A DNA stretch of 64,000 nt from positions 1,975-65,974 of the forward strand of contig CAVAFY010000006.1 of the NCBI GenBank assembly GCA_963588035.1, read 5' to 3'. Source of the DNA: Alloprevotella sp. (lineage in GTDB: Bacteria > Actinomycetota > Coriobacteriia > Coriobacteriales > Eggerthellaceae). Made by a program: the position numbers and the translations under genes. Below, piece by piece: positions 48,500 through 57,741 of the stretch (the stretch's first letter is position 1; each line of letters starts with the position of its first letter). Under the pieces are notes generated by a model, which was not told the DNA's origin, did no database searches, and saw only the letters and a program-made list of their open reading frames with translations.

Positions 48500-49144
48500 A
48501 TGTCCGAAATCGGCTACTTCGCTACGTACGCCCGGTTCGATACCGAAAGCAAGGAAGCCGCTGCGGCGTTTCTTGGAGCAGACAACATAATCGGCGATGC
48601 ATTCAGCATTGAAACCGAGTACACCGACGGAAAGCGCACCGCCTGGATCGTCAATCCATTCGGCAAGCGCATGGGCTTCCTGGAAAACCGCGCCGCGAAC
48701 CAGGTAGAGCTCTGCGCAGCGAAGGGCTGGAATACCGTCGCCCTGCTTGCTTTGGTTGCCTTTTCCGAAAAGCCCGAACCGGGCCTTTACTGGGGCCAGG
48801 TCCTTATCGTCTCGTACGACCCCGAATACGAAGCCGCGTTCAGCACCTTTATCGAAGGGTTGGGCAACCAGCTGGGCAACGGCGTGCGACCCGATGCCGA
48901 TCTGGGCCGAGATGCCATTGCCCAAGTTATCAAGAACCAAGGCAAATGGACGCCTACCGGACGTGTGGCCCTTCCTGAAAAGAAAAAGGGCACGGCATGG
49001 GTCAAAACCGAGCGCACCGGAACCGAGCGCTTGGTAAAGCAGGCCCGAAAAGGGAACATGGGCTGCATGACCCTCAGCTGGATTTTCCTGCTAGCCGTTG
49101 TTGCGCTTATCGTGTTCGGCATCCACTCCTGCGGAGTGTTCTAG
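48500..49144 (+). CDS. hypothetical protein with C-terminal TM anchor
   Basis: AGGAGAAAAT precedes the ATG. The C-terminal hydrophobic tail is LSWIFLLAVVALIVFGI. No recognisable domain. Confidence 0.6.
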   Translation: MSEIGYFATYARFDTESKEAAAAFLGADNIIGDAFSIETEYTDGKRTAWIVNPFGKRMGFLENRAANQVELCAAKGWNTVALLALVAFSEKPEPGLYWGQVLIVSYDPEYEAAFSTFIEGLGNQLGNGVRPDADLGRDAIAQVIKNQGKWTPTGRVALPEKKKGTAWVKTERTGTERLVKQARKGNMGCMTLSWIFLLAVVALIVFGIHSCGVF

Positions 49145-49145
49145 G

Positions 49146-50087
49146 TTATTGCTGAAGCGCGTACCCGATCAGCTTCACGCAAAGCTCAGGGAACGGCACA
49201 CCGGCAGCGTTTGCTGCGTCTGGGAGAAGCGAAGTAGAGGTCATCCCTGGGATGGTGTTGGTCTCCAGCACCCAGAAATCTCCTTCCCCGTCTTGGATAA
49301 GGTCGGTGCGCGAAACACCCTGGCACCCTAGAGCCTTATGGGCTTTCACCGCCAGCGCCTGAACGGCAGCCGTCTCCTTATCCGTCAACGGCGCCGGGCA
49401 GATATGCTTCGAGCCGCCCTGAGCGTACTTCGACTCGAAGTCGTAGAACTCATGGGAGGGAACGATCTTGATGATGGGAAGGGCATAGGGGTCCTCGTTA
49501 CCCAGTACGGCAACGGTGAACTCGCAACCTTGCACGAACGACTCGGCAAACGCGCAGGTGTCTACTTCGAACACCTTCTCGATTGCCGCAGCAACCTCTT
49601 CAACCCCATTGCAAACGTACACGCCAAGAGCACTGCCCTGCGTTGCCGCCTTCACCACACAACGGGAGCCAACCGCCTCCACAACGGCAGATGCCGGCAC
49701 TTCTGCAGAACCGATGGTCATAGACTGGGGCGTTGGGATGCTGGCCGAGCGGTAAACGCTCTTGGTCTTCATCTTGTCGATCGCCGTCGCGCTTGACCAA
49801 ACACCGGGGCCGGTATAGGGCAACCCGATAGTCTCCAAAAAGCCCTGGATGGTGCCGTCTTCGCCGTACTTGCCATGAAGAGCTAGGAAAGCCACGTCGA
49901 AGTCGCCCTGGATCAACGCCACAAGGTCTTCTTTTTTCGCCGGGTCGAATACCGTTACCGGGAAGCCCGCCTGCTCGAGAGCCTCCTTGGAACCCTCGCC
50001 GGAAAGAAGGGAGATATCGCGCTCAGCGCTCTTGCCCCCTGCCAACAAGGCAACTTTGATTTCCTCGGGCTTAAAAGAACAAGACAT
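49146..50087 (-). CDS. ddl: D-alanine--D-alanine ligase
   Basis: LLAGGKSAERDISLLSG, LHGKYGEDGTIQGFLE and NTIPGMT. Start set at ATG 50087 (MSCSFKPEEIKVALL). The track ORF extends to 50177. Confidence 0.9.
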   Translation of the reverse strand: MSCSFKPEEIKVALLAGGKSAERDISLLSGEGSKEALEQAGFPVTVFDPAKKEDLVALIQGDFDVAFLALHGKYGEDGTIQGFLETIGLPYTGPGVWSSATAIDKMKTKSVYRSASIPTPQSMTIGSAEVPASAVVEAVGSRCVVKAATQGSALGVYVCNGVEEVAAAIEKVFEVDTCAFAESFVQGCEFTVAVLGNEDPYALPIIKIVPSHEFYDFESKYAQGGSKHICPAPLTDKETAAVQALAVKAHKALGCQGVSRTDLIQDGEGDFWVLETNTIPGMTSTSLLPDAANAAGVPFPELCVKLIGYALQQ

Positions 50088-50201
50088 GATTCCCGCTTCC
50101 GACCAACAAACAACTGGATAAAAAGCCTTACTAAGCTGCTGTGAGTATAGCAAAGGCGAAACGGCGCCTTGCCGCATGGCGGGAGCTCATCACCACTTGC
50201 G

Positions 50202-50207
50202 TATAAT
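50202..50207 (+). promoter_or_regulatory. candidate -10 box TATAAT, 7 nt upstream of the rlmN ATG (leaderless-type arrangement)
   Basis: Sequence is gcgTATAATacgtgccATGAGC. No Shine-Dalgarno. Confidence 0.45.
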
Positions 50208-50214
50208 ACGTGCC

Positions 50215-51264
50215 ATGAGCAATCCAATCCAATCACTGAACATATCCCAGCTGCCCCAGCTTGTTGCCGATCTCGGCCAGCCGAAGTTCCGCGCGAAGCA
50301 ACTTGTAGAGTGGCTGTACCTGAAGAACGTCTCTTCGTATGACGAGATGACGAACCTGCCTAAAGGCATGAGGGAACAGCTTGGTGAAAGCCACCCCTTC
50401 TATAAGCCCGCGGTGGTCGATAAGCAAGTCTCGAAAGACGGCACCAGGAAGTACGTCCTTGAGTATTCTGACGGAGCGCGCGTCGAGGCTGTAGGGATAC
50501 CTTCAGCCGGCAAGAAGGAACGCAAGGACGAGCCGAAGCATCTGACCGTCTGCTTCTCTACCCAGGCAGGTTGCGCGATGGCCTGCGCGTTCTGCGCAAC
50601 CGGTCACGAAGGCCTTACCCGCAACCTTTCGTCGGCGGAAATGATCTGCCAAATCAACGCAGTACAGGAAGACTTCGGGTACCGGGTAACCAACCTTGTT
50701 TCCATGGGGCAGGGCGAGCCGTTCCAGAATTACGACGCCACCCTCGATGCGCTTCGCTTCGCGAACTCCAAAAACGGACTCGGGATAGGCGCCCGTCATA
50801 TCACCGTTTCGACCTGCGGCATCCTGGGCGGCATACAGAAGCTCGCCAACGAGCCAGAGCAATTCACTTTGGCGGTAAGCCTCCATTCAGCCATCCAGGA
50901 AACCCGCAACTCGCTTATGCCGCGCTGTGCGAACATTCCGCTGACCAAGCTCAAAGAGGCCCTTGTCTCCTACACCACCGCATCCGGCCGCAGGGTCAGC
51001 CTTGAGTACTTGCTGATAGACGGTATCACCGACACCCCGGAAAGCCTCGAAGCGCTGAAGCAGTTCTGCGATGGTCTGCTCTGCCATGTGAACCTTTTGA
51101 ACGTCAACGAGATCGATGGAAGCCCGTATCACCCCACTTCGCCGAAGGTCCAACAGGAATGGGTGCGTGAGCTGAAGCGAGCAGGGAAAGAGGCGACCAT
51201 CCGCAACTCCCGCGGGGCCGACATCGACGGAGCCTGCGGACAGCTGAAGAACAAGCTGAAGTAG
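50215..51264 (+). CDS. rlmN: 23S rRNA/tRNA (adenine-C2)-methyltransferase RlmN (radical SAM)
   Basis: FRAKQLVEWLY, and the radical-SAM motif GCAMACAFCATG. Start set at ATG 50215 (MSNPIQSL). Confidence 0.9.
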   Translation: MSNPIQSLNISQLPQLVADLGQPKFRAKQLVEWLYLKNVSSYDEMTNLPKGMREQLGESHPFYKPAVVDKQVSKDGTRKYVLEYSDGARVEAVGIPSAGKKERKDEPKHLTVCFSTQAGCAMACAFCATGHEGLTRNLSSAEMICQINAVQEDFGYRVTNLVSMGQGEPFQNYDATLDALRFANSKNGLGIGARHITVSTCGILGGIQKLANEPEQFTLAVSLHSAIQETRNSLMPRCANIPLTKLKEALVSYTTASGRRVSLEYLLIDGITDTPESLEALKQFCDGLLCHVNLLNVNEIDGSPYHPTSPKVQQEWVRELKRAGKEATIRNSRGADIDGACGQLKNKLK

Positions 51265-51300
51265 CAACTCGCAATCAACATCTTCAACCCCAGCAACAAC

Positions 51301-51333
51301 AAAGCCCTTCGCAACCTAACTGCGAAGGGCTTT
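51301..51333. terminator. bidirectional terminator hairpin between rlmN and parB
   Basis: AAAGCCCTTCGCA-acctaac-TGCGAAGGGCTTT is a 13-bp stem. Confidence 0.7.
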
Positions 51334-51386
51334 GGTGGTTGTACGGCTGTCCAATCAAGACAACCGACTGAGTCGATGGTCGCTGC

Positions 51387-52691
51387 CTACTTTTCCGAGG
51401 CGGTCGAGATCAAGTCCATGATGCGCTGAAGCTCTTCCTCATCCTTGAACTGGATCTCGATCTTGTTCTTGCCCTGAACCGTCTTAACGCGGACAGGAGC
51501 GGAAAGGAATCGGGTAAGGCCCTTGGCTGCCTTCTTGAAGCTGGCCGGAGCAGGAACCCTCTTCGCCTTGCCCTCTTCGAGCGCTTTCTCGCGACCAGAT
51601 ATCAAACGGGCAATCTGCTCGGTCTGACGAACGCTGAGCTTCTCGGTCATCAGCTTCTCGGTAAGCTTCTTTCGTCCCTCCGGATCGTTGATCGAAAGGA
51701 TGGCGCGCGCATGGCCGGCAGTGATCTTGCCCTCGAAAAGCAGCTGCTGGGCCTGTTCCGGAAGATCGAGCAAACGAAGGGCATTGGCGATGGTGGAACG
51801 GCCCTTCGAAACCGTCTTCGCAAGCTCGGACTGCGTCATGCCCTTGCGCTCCATCAAGCGTTTGTATCCGTACGCCTCTTCGATGGGGTTCAAGTCGGAT
51901 CGCTGGATGTTCTCGATAAGGGCCAACTCAAGCGCTTTGTCGTTATCGGCGGACCAGAAGCGCACAGGCACTTCTTCCATCCCCAGGCTCTTGCAGGCCT
52001 GCCAACGACGCTCACCGGCGATGATCTGGTAATGGTTGCCGATCTTGCGAACCAGGATCGGCTGCAGCAGCCCTTCCTTCTTGATGGAGCCAGCCAGCTC
52101 CTCTATCTCTTCTGGCTTGAAATTGGTGCGCGGCTGGTCGGGGTTCGGCTGAACCATGGAAAGCTTGACGATGCCCGTGTCGCCCTTGGCGTTGGCCGCA
52201 CGAGCAGGGTTAGCCTCGGCAGATTTCGCTGCCTTGGCAACCGGCTCCTTCTCCTTAACCACCGGGCGCTCGGAAACCATGCCGGTGCGCTTTTCGGCAG
52301 GGGCAGCAGGCTTAGGCTGCGGCTTCGGACGCTCAACTACGCGAGCGGTAGTGCCCGACCCAACCTGATGGGGAGTCTTCTTCGTTTCACGTGAAACAAC
52401 CTTGGCGTTCTCCAAGGCCTCTTCGGAAATGTAAATATCTGAAGAGCTGTTGCTCTTACGGGCAACAGCATTGGCCCGGTCGCGCAGAGCCCTATGCAGA
52501 ACACCTTGATTGTCGGCAGGCTTGGCTTCCATTGGAGCCGGAGCCACCTCTGCCTTGGAGGGAGCAGGAGACTCGGTCGCCGGCTTCTTCTCTACCTCGC
52601 GCTTCGGCTCGGGGGCTGCAGGGCGGGGGCTTTCGTCAAAGAGCGCATTCAGGCCGCGCCCAAGGCCGCTTTTCTGTTTAGCCACGTTCAA
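51387..52691 (-). CDS. parB: chromosome partitioning protein ParB with a long low-complexity insertion after the N-terminal ParA-interaction peptide
   Basis: N-terminal GLGRGLNALF. ParB box is LLQPILVRKIGNHYQIIAGERRWQA. HTH region is SELAKTVSKGRSTIANALRLL. Confidence 0.92.
   Translation of the reverse strand: MNVAKQKSGLGRGLNALFDESPRPAAPEPKREVEKKPATESPAPSKAEVAPAPMEAKPADNQGVLHRALRDRANAVARKSNSSSDIYISEEALENAKVVSRETKKTPHQVGSGTTARVVERPKPQPKPAAPAEKRTGMVSERPVVKEKEPVAKAAKSAEANPARAANAKGDTGIVKLSMVQPNPDQPRTNFKPEEIEELAGSIKKEGLLQPILVRKIGNHYQIIAGERRWQACKSLGMEEVPVRFWSADNDKALELALIENIQRSDLNPIEEAYGYKRLMERKGMTQSELAKTVSKGRSTIANALRLLDLPEQAQQLLFEGKITAGHARAILSINDPEGRKKLTEKLMTEKLSVRQTEQIARLISGREKALEEGKAKRVPAPASFKKAAKGLTRFLSAPVRVKTVQGKNKIEIQFKDEEELQRIMDLISTASEK
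52383..52398. promoter_or_regulatory. parS site, 15/16 match, inside parB
   Basis: cGTTTCACGTGAAACA. Confidence 0.75.
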
Positions 52692-53727
52692 TCACCTCTT
52701 TAGCCAAGTCGGTGTAAGCAATGCTTCCCTTGTTGTCGGGGGCATACTCAATGATCGACTGGCCGTAACTTGGAGCTTCAGACAGTTTAACGGTGCGAGG
52801 GATCAAAGTCTCGAAGACCGCGTCACCAAAGAAGGAACGGACCTCATTGACCACCTGGTTGGCAAGATTGGTTCGGGAGTCGTACATAGTAAGGACAATG
52901 CCGAAGATATCCAGGCTTGGATTGAGGATGCTTTTGACACGTTTCATCGAATCGAGAAGTTTTGTCACACCTTCCAGTGCGTAGAACTCGCACTGGATCG
53001 GCACCAACAGCTTATCTGCAGCAACAAGAGCGTTGATGGTGAGCAAGCCAAGGGAGGGAGGGCAGTCTACCAAGATATAGTCATAGCGCCCGCGAAGGCT
53101 GCCGAGTGCGCTCTTCAGGCGATTCTCGCGTGCCATCTCGTTGACCAGCTCAACCTCGGCACCAGCCAGACTGATGGTGGAGGGCAGCACATCAACACCC
53201 TCGGCAACACAGGAAAGGATAACGTCCTCCGCGGGGGTCTCTCCCAGCAGGACGTTGTACACGCACGCATCAAGGGCGCGCTTGTCGATGCCGTAACCGC
53301 TTGTCGCATTGCCCTGCGGGTCAAGGTCTACCAGAAGGACTTCCTTGCCCATGCGGCCAAGCGCGGCGGCAAGGTTGACGGCGGTAGTTGATTTCCCCAC
53401 ACCGCCCTTCTGGTTGATGATAGCCAGGATCTTCGTCTGGCCAATCACATGAGACACAGCTGGTTTCTCGTGAAACGGAACAAAGGTGCGGAAGCCGTCG
53501 TCTTCGTCCTCTTCGTCGGCAGGCTCTTCTTCAGGCTGCACTTCCGAAGCCTCGGGGGTCTCTACCGCCTCTGGCTCGGGGGCACGCTCGGTAACCTGAG
53601 CCTGCTCGTTCACCTCATCGAAGCCGTTCTGGATAACCTCTTCTTCGATTTCCTCTGGGCTCTCTTGCTCGACAACGGAAGTCACTGGTACGTTCTTGGC
53701 TTTTTTTCGACTACCGAAGAATCCCAC
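52678..53727 (-). CDS. parA: chromosome partitioning ATPase ParA/Soj with about 100-aa acidic N-terminal extension
   Basis: Deviant Walker A is INQKGGVGKSTTAVNLA, then LVDLDPQGN. It overlaps parB by 14 nt. Start set at GTG 53727 (AAAGGAGAG upstream). The track start is TTG at 53742. Confidence 0.9.
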   Translation of the reverse strand: MGFFGSRKKAKNVPVTSVVEQESPEEIEEEVIQNGFDEVNEQAQVTERAPEPEAVETPEASEVQPEEEPADEEDEDDGFRTFVPFHEKPAVSHVIGQTKILAIINQKGGVGKSTTAVNLAAALGRMGKEVLLVDLDPQGNATSGYGIDKRALDACVYNVLLGETPAEDVILSCVAEGVDVLPSTISLAGAEVELVNEMARENRLKSALGSLRGRYDYILVDCPPSLGLLTINALVAADKLLVPIQCEFYALEGVTKLLDSMKRVKSILNPSLDIFGIVLTMYDSRTNLANQVVNEVRSFFGDAVFETLIPRTVKLSEAPSYGQSIIEYAPDNKGSIAYTDLAKEVIERG

Positions 53728-53756
53728 GAGCTCTCCTTTCAACAGCTGTCCTTATT

Positions 53757-53772
53757 TGTTTCACGTGAAACC
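53757..53772. promoter_or_regulatory. parS site, 15/16 match, 30 nt upstream of the parA start
   Basis: TGTTTCACGTGAAACc. Confidence 0.75.
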
Positions 53773-54103
53773 TGCTTATCCGCAGGCATGATTAAGCAAA
53801 TTGTGTATGTAGAAATATATATACATCGGACAAGGAAGCCTCACGGCACTCCCTCCGATAAAGAGTAAGCACGCAAAACAAGAAACAAGCCATTCGGAGA
53901 CCAAGGCGCTCCTTGCTTTTGTCTCCCAATAATACCCTGCTGACGCTTGCCGGAAAATAGCGGCGAAACAGTTTATTCTCAGGAACAGGAAATTAACTAG
54001 GTCGAGCACTCTAGGAAGGCAAATTCAAAAACCACCCTGAAAAATTGAAGCTCTGAGAAGCTTTCTGGCAGACGAACCGAACTTCAATCGAGTCATTTAT
54101 CGT

Positions 54104-54145
54104 ATAAACAAGAACAGCGCCTTAGATCGGATCTGAGGCGCTGTT
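54104..54145 (-). terminator. terminator after rsmG
   Basis: Minus strand reads AACAGCGCC-(15 nt)-GGCGCTGTT followed by CTTGTTTAT. Confidence 0.6.
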
Positions 54146-54149
54146 TCAA

Positions 54150-54833
54150 CTAAAAGGGTTTCTTCTGAGCCAAACCGACCCTTCTGGGAAGCTTCATCGA
54201 AGGGTTATGCTTCTTCTCGAAGACGATGATCGCTCTCTGGGTCTCCCCATCGGAAAGAGCGAATCCGCGGGAGGAAACGAACTCCATCCCCAACTTCCGC
54301 GCAATCTCCTTCGCATGGTCAAGCTCTTCCGACTCAGGTTGCGTCTTGTAGCACACCAGTCGGCCACCCTTGCGAAGAAGGGGCGAGGCAAGCTCGAGCA
54401 AGGAAGAAAGCTGCGAAAGGGCGCGAGCGGTGATAGCCGAGAATTCGTTCGGATGCTCAACGGCAAGGTCTTCGATCCTGCCATGATACGTGCTCGCAGA
54501 ATCAGCAAGACCCAACTCGCGAATGAAGCCGTCGAGAGCTTTCGTCTTCTTCCCAACCGAATCCGCAAGCAGGGTTTCCCTCCCAGAAAGTATTGCCAAG
54601 GGAATACCGGGGAACCCTGCGCCAGAGCCCATATCGAGGTACTTTCCCTCAGGAGCATCAGCAAGCTCGGGGAAGCCTTGAATGGAATCCTCGATATGGA
54701 GGACCTGAGCGCTTTCCCAATCGATGATGCGCGTAAGGTTGGTTGTTTCGTTTTCCTTGATTACAAGCCGTAAATGCTGATCGAGCAGCTCGCGCTGCTC
54801 GACAGTTGGCTGAGGAACATTAATCTCAGTCAT
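54150..54833 (-). CDS. rsmG: 16S rRNA (guanine527-N7)-methyltransferase RsmG/GidB
   Basis: SAM motif is YLDMGSGAGFPGIPLAI. Conserved position next to jag and parA. Confidence 0.9.
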   Translation of the reverse strand: MTEINVPQPTVEQRELLDQHLRLVIKENETTNLTRIIDWESAQVLHIEDSIQGFPELADAPEGKYLDMGSGAGFPGIPLAILSGRETLLADSVGKKTKALDGFIRELGLADSASTYHGRIEDLAVEHPNEFSAITARALSQLSSLLELASPLLRKGGRLVCYKTQPESEELDHAKEIARKLGMEFVSSRGFALSDGETQRAIIVFEKKHNPSMKLPRRVGLAQKKPF

Positions 54834-54862
54834 AAGATCACTTTCTGAAGCAAAGCTAACGC

Positions 54863-55393
54863 CTATTTGGGGATCACCACAACGCGGCGTGCGCGGCCTT
54901 CGCCTTCGCTGACCGTCTCAACGCGGGCATCGTCGCGAAGTGCAACATGGATGATACGGCGCTCATACGGGGTCATCGGGCGGAGCTTGATGCTGCGATC
55001 CTGGGAAACCGCCTTATCGGCAGCGTTCGCAGCGATATCTTCCAGCTTCTGGCGCTGACGGCCCTTGTAGCCCTCGACGTCGACAACGATGGGATAGCGA
55101 TGGCCCACCGTGCGGGTGGTGATAGACGAGATCAGGAACTGGAGGGCATCGAGGGTCTTGCCATGACGACCGATGAGCACAGCGAGGTCGTCGCCGGTGA
55201 TGTCCAGGATAAGCTCACCTTCGTCGCCTTCGTACTCTTCGATCTCCACTTCGCCGACATTGAAGTACTTCAGGATGTCCTGGATCGCCTCGATAGCGGT
55301 ATCCGCGATCTTGTCGACCTCTTCCTCGCTGTACTGAAGATCATCTTCGACCTCAGCAGCCTCTGCGGCCTTTACTTCGTTCTCTTCTTCCAT
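54863..55393 (-). CDS. jag: Jag/KhpB-type RNA-binding protein (KH plus R3H domains)
   Basis: KH-like segment is LAVLIGRHGKTLDALQFL. R3H segment is LRPMTPYERRIIHVAL. Start set at ATG 55393, which has AAGGAGG upstream. Confidence 0.88.
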   Translation of the reverse strand: MEEENEVKAAEAAEVEDDLQYSEEEVDKIADTAIEAIQDILKYFNVGEVEIEEYEGDEGELILDITGDDLAVLIGRHGKTLDALQFLISSITTRTVGHRYPIVVDVEGYKGRQRQKLEDIAANAADKAVSQDRSIKLRPMTPYERRIIHVALRDDARVETVSEGEGRARRVVVIPK

Positions 55394-55483
55394 GAGAACC
55401 TCCTTACATTCAAATCTCCCCCTATGCGGCACTGCTGCATAGGGGGAGTAGACGGCATTATTCACGCTGTTGGAAGCAGCGGG

Positions 55484-56257
55484 TTACTTGCTCTTCTTGG
55501 TGGGGCGCTTCTTCTTTTCCTTACGCACCACGTCAACCTCGACCGGCTTAACCTCAACCTTCTCGGCCTCGACTTCAGCATCCTTGTGCTTGAACACGCG
55601 GGTAGAGATGATCTGCTGGAACACGCCGAACAGAGAAGAGGTTGCCCAGAACAGCAGAACGCCCGTAGGGGAACCCCAGCCAAGCCACAGCATGAACAGG
55701 GACATGATGCCCATCATGATCATCGTCTGGGTCTTCTGAGGGCTGTTCGTGCCAGCCTGCTGGAGCAGGGAGGGCAGGAACGTACAGAAGGCGAAGATCA
55801 GAAGAAGGATGCCGTACGGGATGAACGCTACGAAATCCTGGCTGAACATGGTGGAGGGAGACGAGATCAGGCTGGGCAGAATGTTGTAGAACGAATAGGT
55901 CATGCCCTCGGTACGGGTGCCCATTTCCTGCAGAACCTGGAACAGAGCGATGAAGATCGGCATCTGAAGGAGCAGCGGAAGGCAACCGGTGATGGGGTTG
56001 AAGCCGATCTCGGCGTACACCTTCTGCATTTCCTCGGCCTGACGCTGCTGATCGTCGGCATATTTTTCCTGGATCTCCTGAATGCGAGGGCTGAACTGCT
56101 GCATTCGATAGGAAGACTTGATCTGCTTCTGCATAAGAGGGAACAGGATAAGGCGCAGAATCAGCGTAACGATGATGATGGCCAAACCCCAGTCGGCAAC
56201 GAAACCGTATGCAGCCTCGATGCACCAGAAGATCGCGTCTTTAAACGCTTCCCACAT
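55484..56257 (-). CDS. yidC: membrane protein insertase YidC (short Gram-positive type)
   Basis: GLAIIIVTLILRLILFPL, MQQFSPRIQEIQEKY and NPITGCLPLLLQMPIFIALF. Confidence 0.92.
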   Translation of the reverse strand: MWEAFKDAIFWCIEAAYGFVADWGLAIIIVTLILRLILFPLMQKQIKSSYRMQQFSPRIQEIQEKYADDQQRQAEEMQKVYAEIGFNPITGCLPLLLQMPIFIALFQVLQEMGTRTEGMTYSFYNILPSLISSPSTMFSQDFVAFIPYGILLLIFAFCTFLPSLLQQAGTNSPQKTQTMIMMGIMSLFMLWLGWGSPTGVLLFWATSSLFGVFQQIISTRVFKHKDAEVEAEKVEVKPVEVDVVRKEKKKRPTKKSK

Positions 56258-56285
56258 GTAGTACTAAATCCTCTCGGTCGGTGAT

Positions 56286-56552
56286 CTACTTATTGAAAAA
56301 GCGGAACTGCTCGGGAACGGGATCGTACCCTCTGCCTCCGCCGGGCCTGCACCTCAGTATGCGCCTGCAGGTAAGGTACAGCCCCTTCAGAAAGCCGAAT
56401 CGCTTAACAGCGGTAAGCCCATATTCCGAACAGGTCGGAATAAAGCGGCATGTTGCCGGCAGAAGCGGAGAGATTGCCAAGCGGTAGAACTTGATCAGGA
56501 GCAACAGCAGCAATTTCGGAATCGCTACGATGCCCGACCATATACGCTTCAC
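56286..56552 (-). CDS. yidD: membrane protein insertion efficiency factor YidD
   Basis: [34 protein letters not shown] start lies 2 nt after the rnpA stop. Confidence 0.9.
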   Translation of the reverse strand: MKRIWSGIVAIPKLLLLLLIKFYRLAISPLLPATCRFIPTCSEYGLTAVKRFGFLKGLYLTCRRILRCRPGGGRGYDPVPEQFRFFNK

Positions 56553-56554
56553 GG

Positions 56555-56893
56555 CTAGCGCTCTTCACTCTGATAGGATTCGACTACCTTCTTGCATTCC
56601 GCGAGAACCTTGCTGTAGGCAGCTCGCGTGGTTTTCCTGTTCGCGATGAAAAGGACATTCAACTCAGGCCAGGGGCCGCCAAGGTCGTGGCAAACGGCGC
56701 GCATGCGTCTTTTCGCGGAATTGCGCCAAACCGCATTGCCATTTTTCTTGCCGGCTATAAATGCAACACGGCCGCTAGGGCCGTGTTGGGTATCCCCCCG
56801 GTACATAATCAAGGTACCGACAGGAGTTGCATGTCGTTTTCCGTGCGAGAACAGGTAGGAGATCTCAGTGCTGGATTTTATGGTTCCTAACAC
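56555..56893 (-). CDS. rnpA: ribonuclease P protein component
   Basis: [25 protein letters not shown]. Position between rpmH and yidD. GTG start. Confidence 0.9.
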   Translation of the reverse strand: MLGTIKSSTEISYLFSHGKRHATPVGTLIMYRGDTQHGPSGRVAFIAGKKNGNAVWRNSAKRRMRAVCHDLGGPWPELNVLFIANRKTTRAAYSKVLAECKKVVESYQSEER

Positions 56894-56911
56894 GGTTTCT
56901 CACAAGGAAAA

Positions 56912-57046
56912 TTAGGCACAGAGACGCTTGCGGCCCTTGGCACGACGAGCGGCAAGAACGGCGCGGCCGCCCTTGGTTGCCATACGTGCACGGAAACCAT
57001 GAGTCTTTGCGCGCTTGCGGGTGTTCGGTTGATAGGTGCGCTTCAT
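56912..57046 (-). CDS. rpmH: 50S ribosomal protein L34 (not in the ORF track because it is under 60 aa)
   Basis: My own translation is [44 protein letters not shown] followed by a stop. GAAAGGAAAAG precedes the ATG. Confidence 0.95.
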   Translation of the reverse strand: MKRTYQPNTRKRAKTHGFRARMATKGGRAVLAARRAKGRKRLCA

Positions 57047-57079
57047 CACTTTTCCTTTCAGATTTACAGTAACCTCGAA

Positions 57080-57107
57080 ATTATACGATGGGAGAAATGG
57101 GCGTCAA
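57080..57107 (-). promoter_or_regulatory. sigma-70-type promoter of rpmH-rnpA
   Basis: On the minus strand, TTGACG (57102-57107), a 16-nt spacer, then TATAAT (57080-57085). This lies about 35 nt upstream of the rpmH ATG. Confidence 0.65.
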
Positions 57108-57177
57108 GGAAAAAGAAGCCGCCCTTCTGGGGTATTAGCCGCCGATCCACACAATGCACACGCCAACTGCGGGATAC

Positions 57178-57684
57178 CTATGCGCGCGACTCGATGTTCA
57201 GCGTAGCCGAGTCGAGCACATGCCCATCCATGGCCCAGTGGAAATCGTTGAAATAGAAGCCCTCGGGAAGCCCCAGCTCGCAATCGAGGGCGTAGACCTG
57301 CAGGGTGTAGCGATGGTTCTTGTCGGGCGGACATGGACCGATATAGCCGTTTATCACGTCCGTACTGGTTTCCTCCGCCCGCGACAGGCAGCTGTTCGCG
57401 CCCTGGGTGAATCCGAACGAACCAGAATGGCTTGCCCCTTCGGGCACCAGCTCGGTAGAAGGGTCCATGTCGCAAGCAGCCCAGTGGATCCAGGCGAACC
57501 CGCACACCGGGATGGAATCGTAGTCGACGAAGGAAAGCGCCAGCGATTTCGTCCCAGCGGGAACCCCTTCGATATGGATCGGAAACGAGTGGATGTTGTT
57601 GCCGTCTTTCCTCAGCTCTTCCGCCGAGTACTTTCCGAAGCAATCGGGCAGCAGCCCGCCTTCCAATGGCACCGAGATCTTCAT
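57178..57684 (-). CDS. YbhB/YbcL-family phosphatidylethanolamine-binding (PEBP/Raf-kinase-inhibitor-like) protein
   Basis: FAWIHWAACD and YIGPCPPDKNHRYTLQVYALD. Start set at ATG 57684 (MKISVPLEGG). The track ORF extends to 57927. Confidence 0.8.
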   Translation of the reverse strand: MKISVPLEGGLLPDCFGKYSAEELRKDGNNIHSFPIHIEGVPAGTKSLALSFVDYDSIPVCGFAWIHWAACDMDPSTELVPEGASHSGSFGFTQGANSCLSRAEETSTDVINGYIGPCPPDKNHRYTLQVYALDCELGLPEGFYFNDFHWAMDGHVLDSATLNIESRA

Positions 57685-57741
57685 TCTGAACCCCACTTTC
57701 CCCAAGATTGGCAAGTTATCCACACGCTGGCTGTATAGCAA

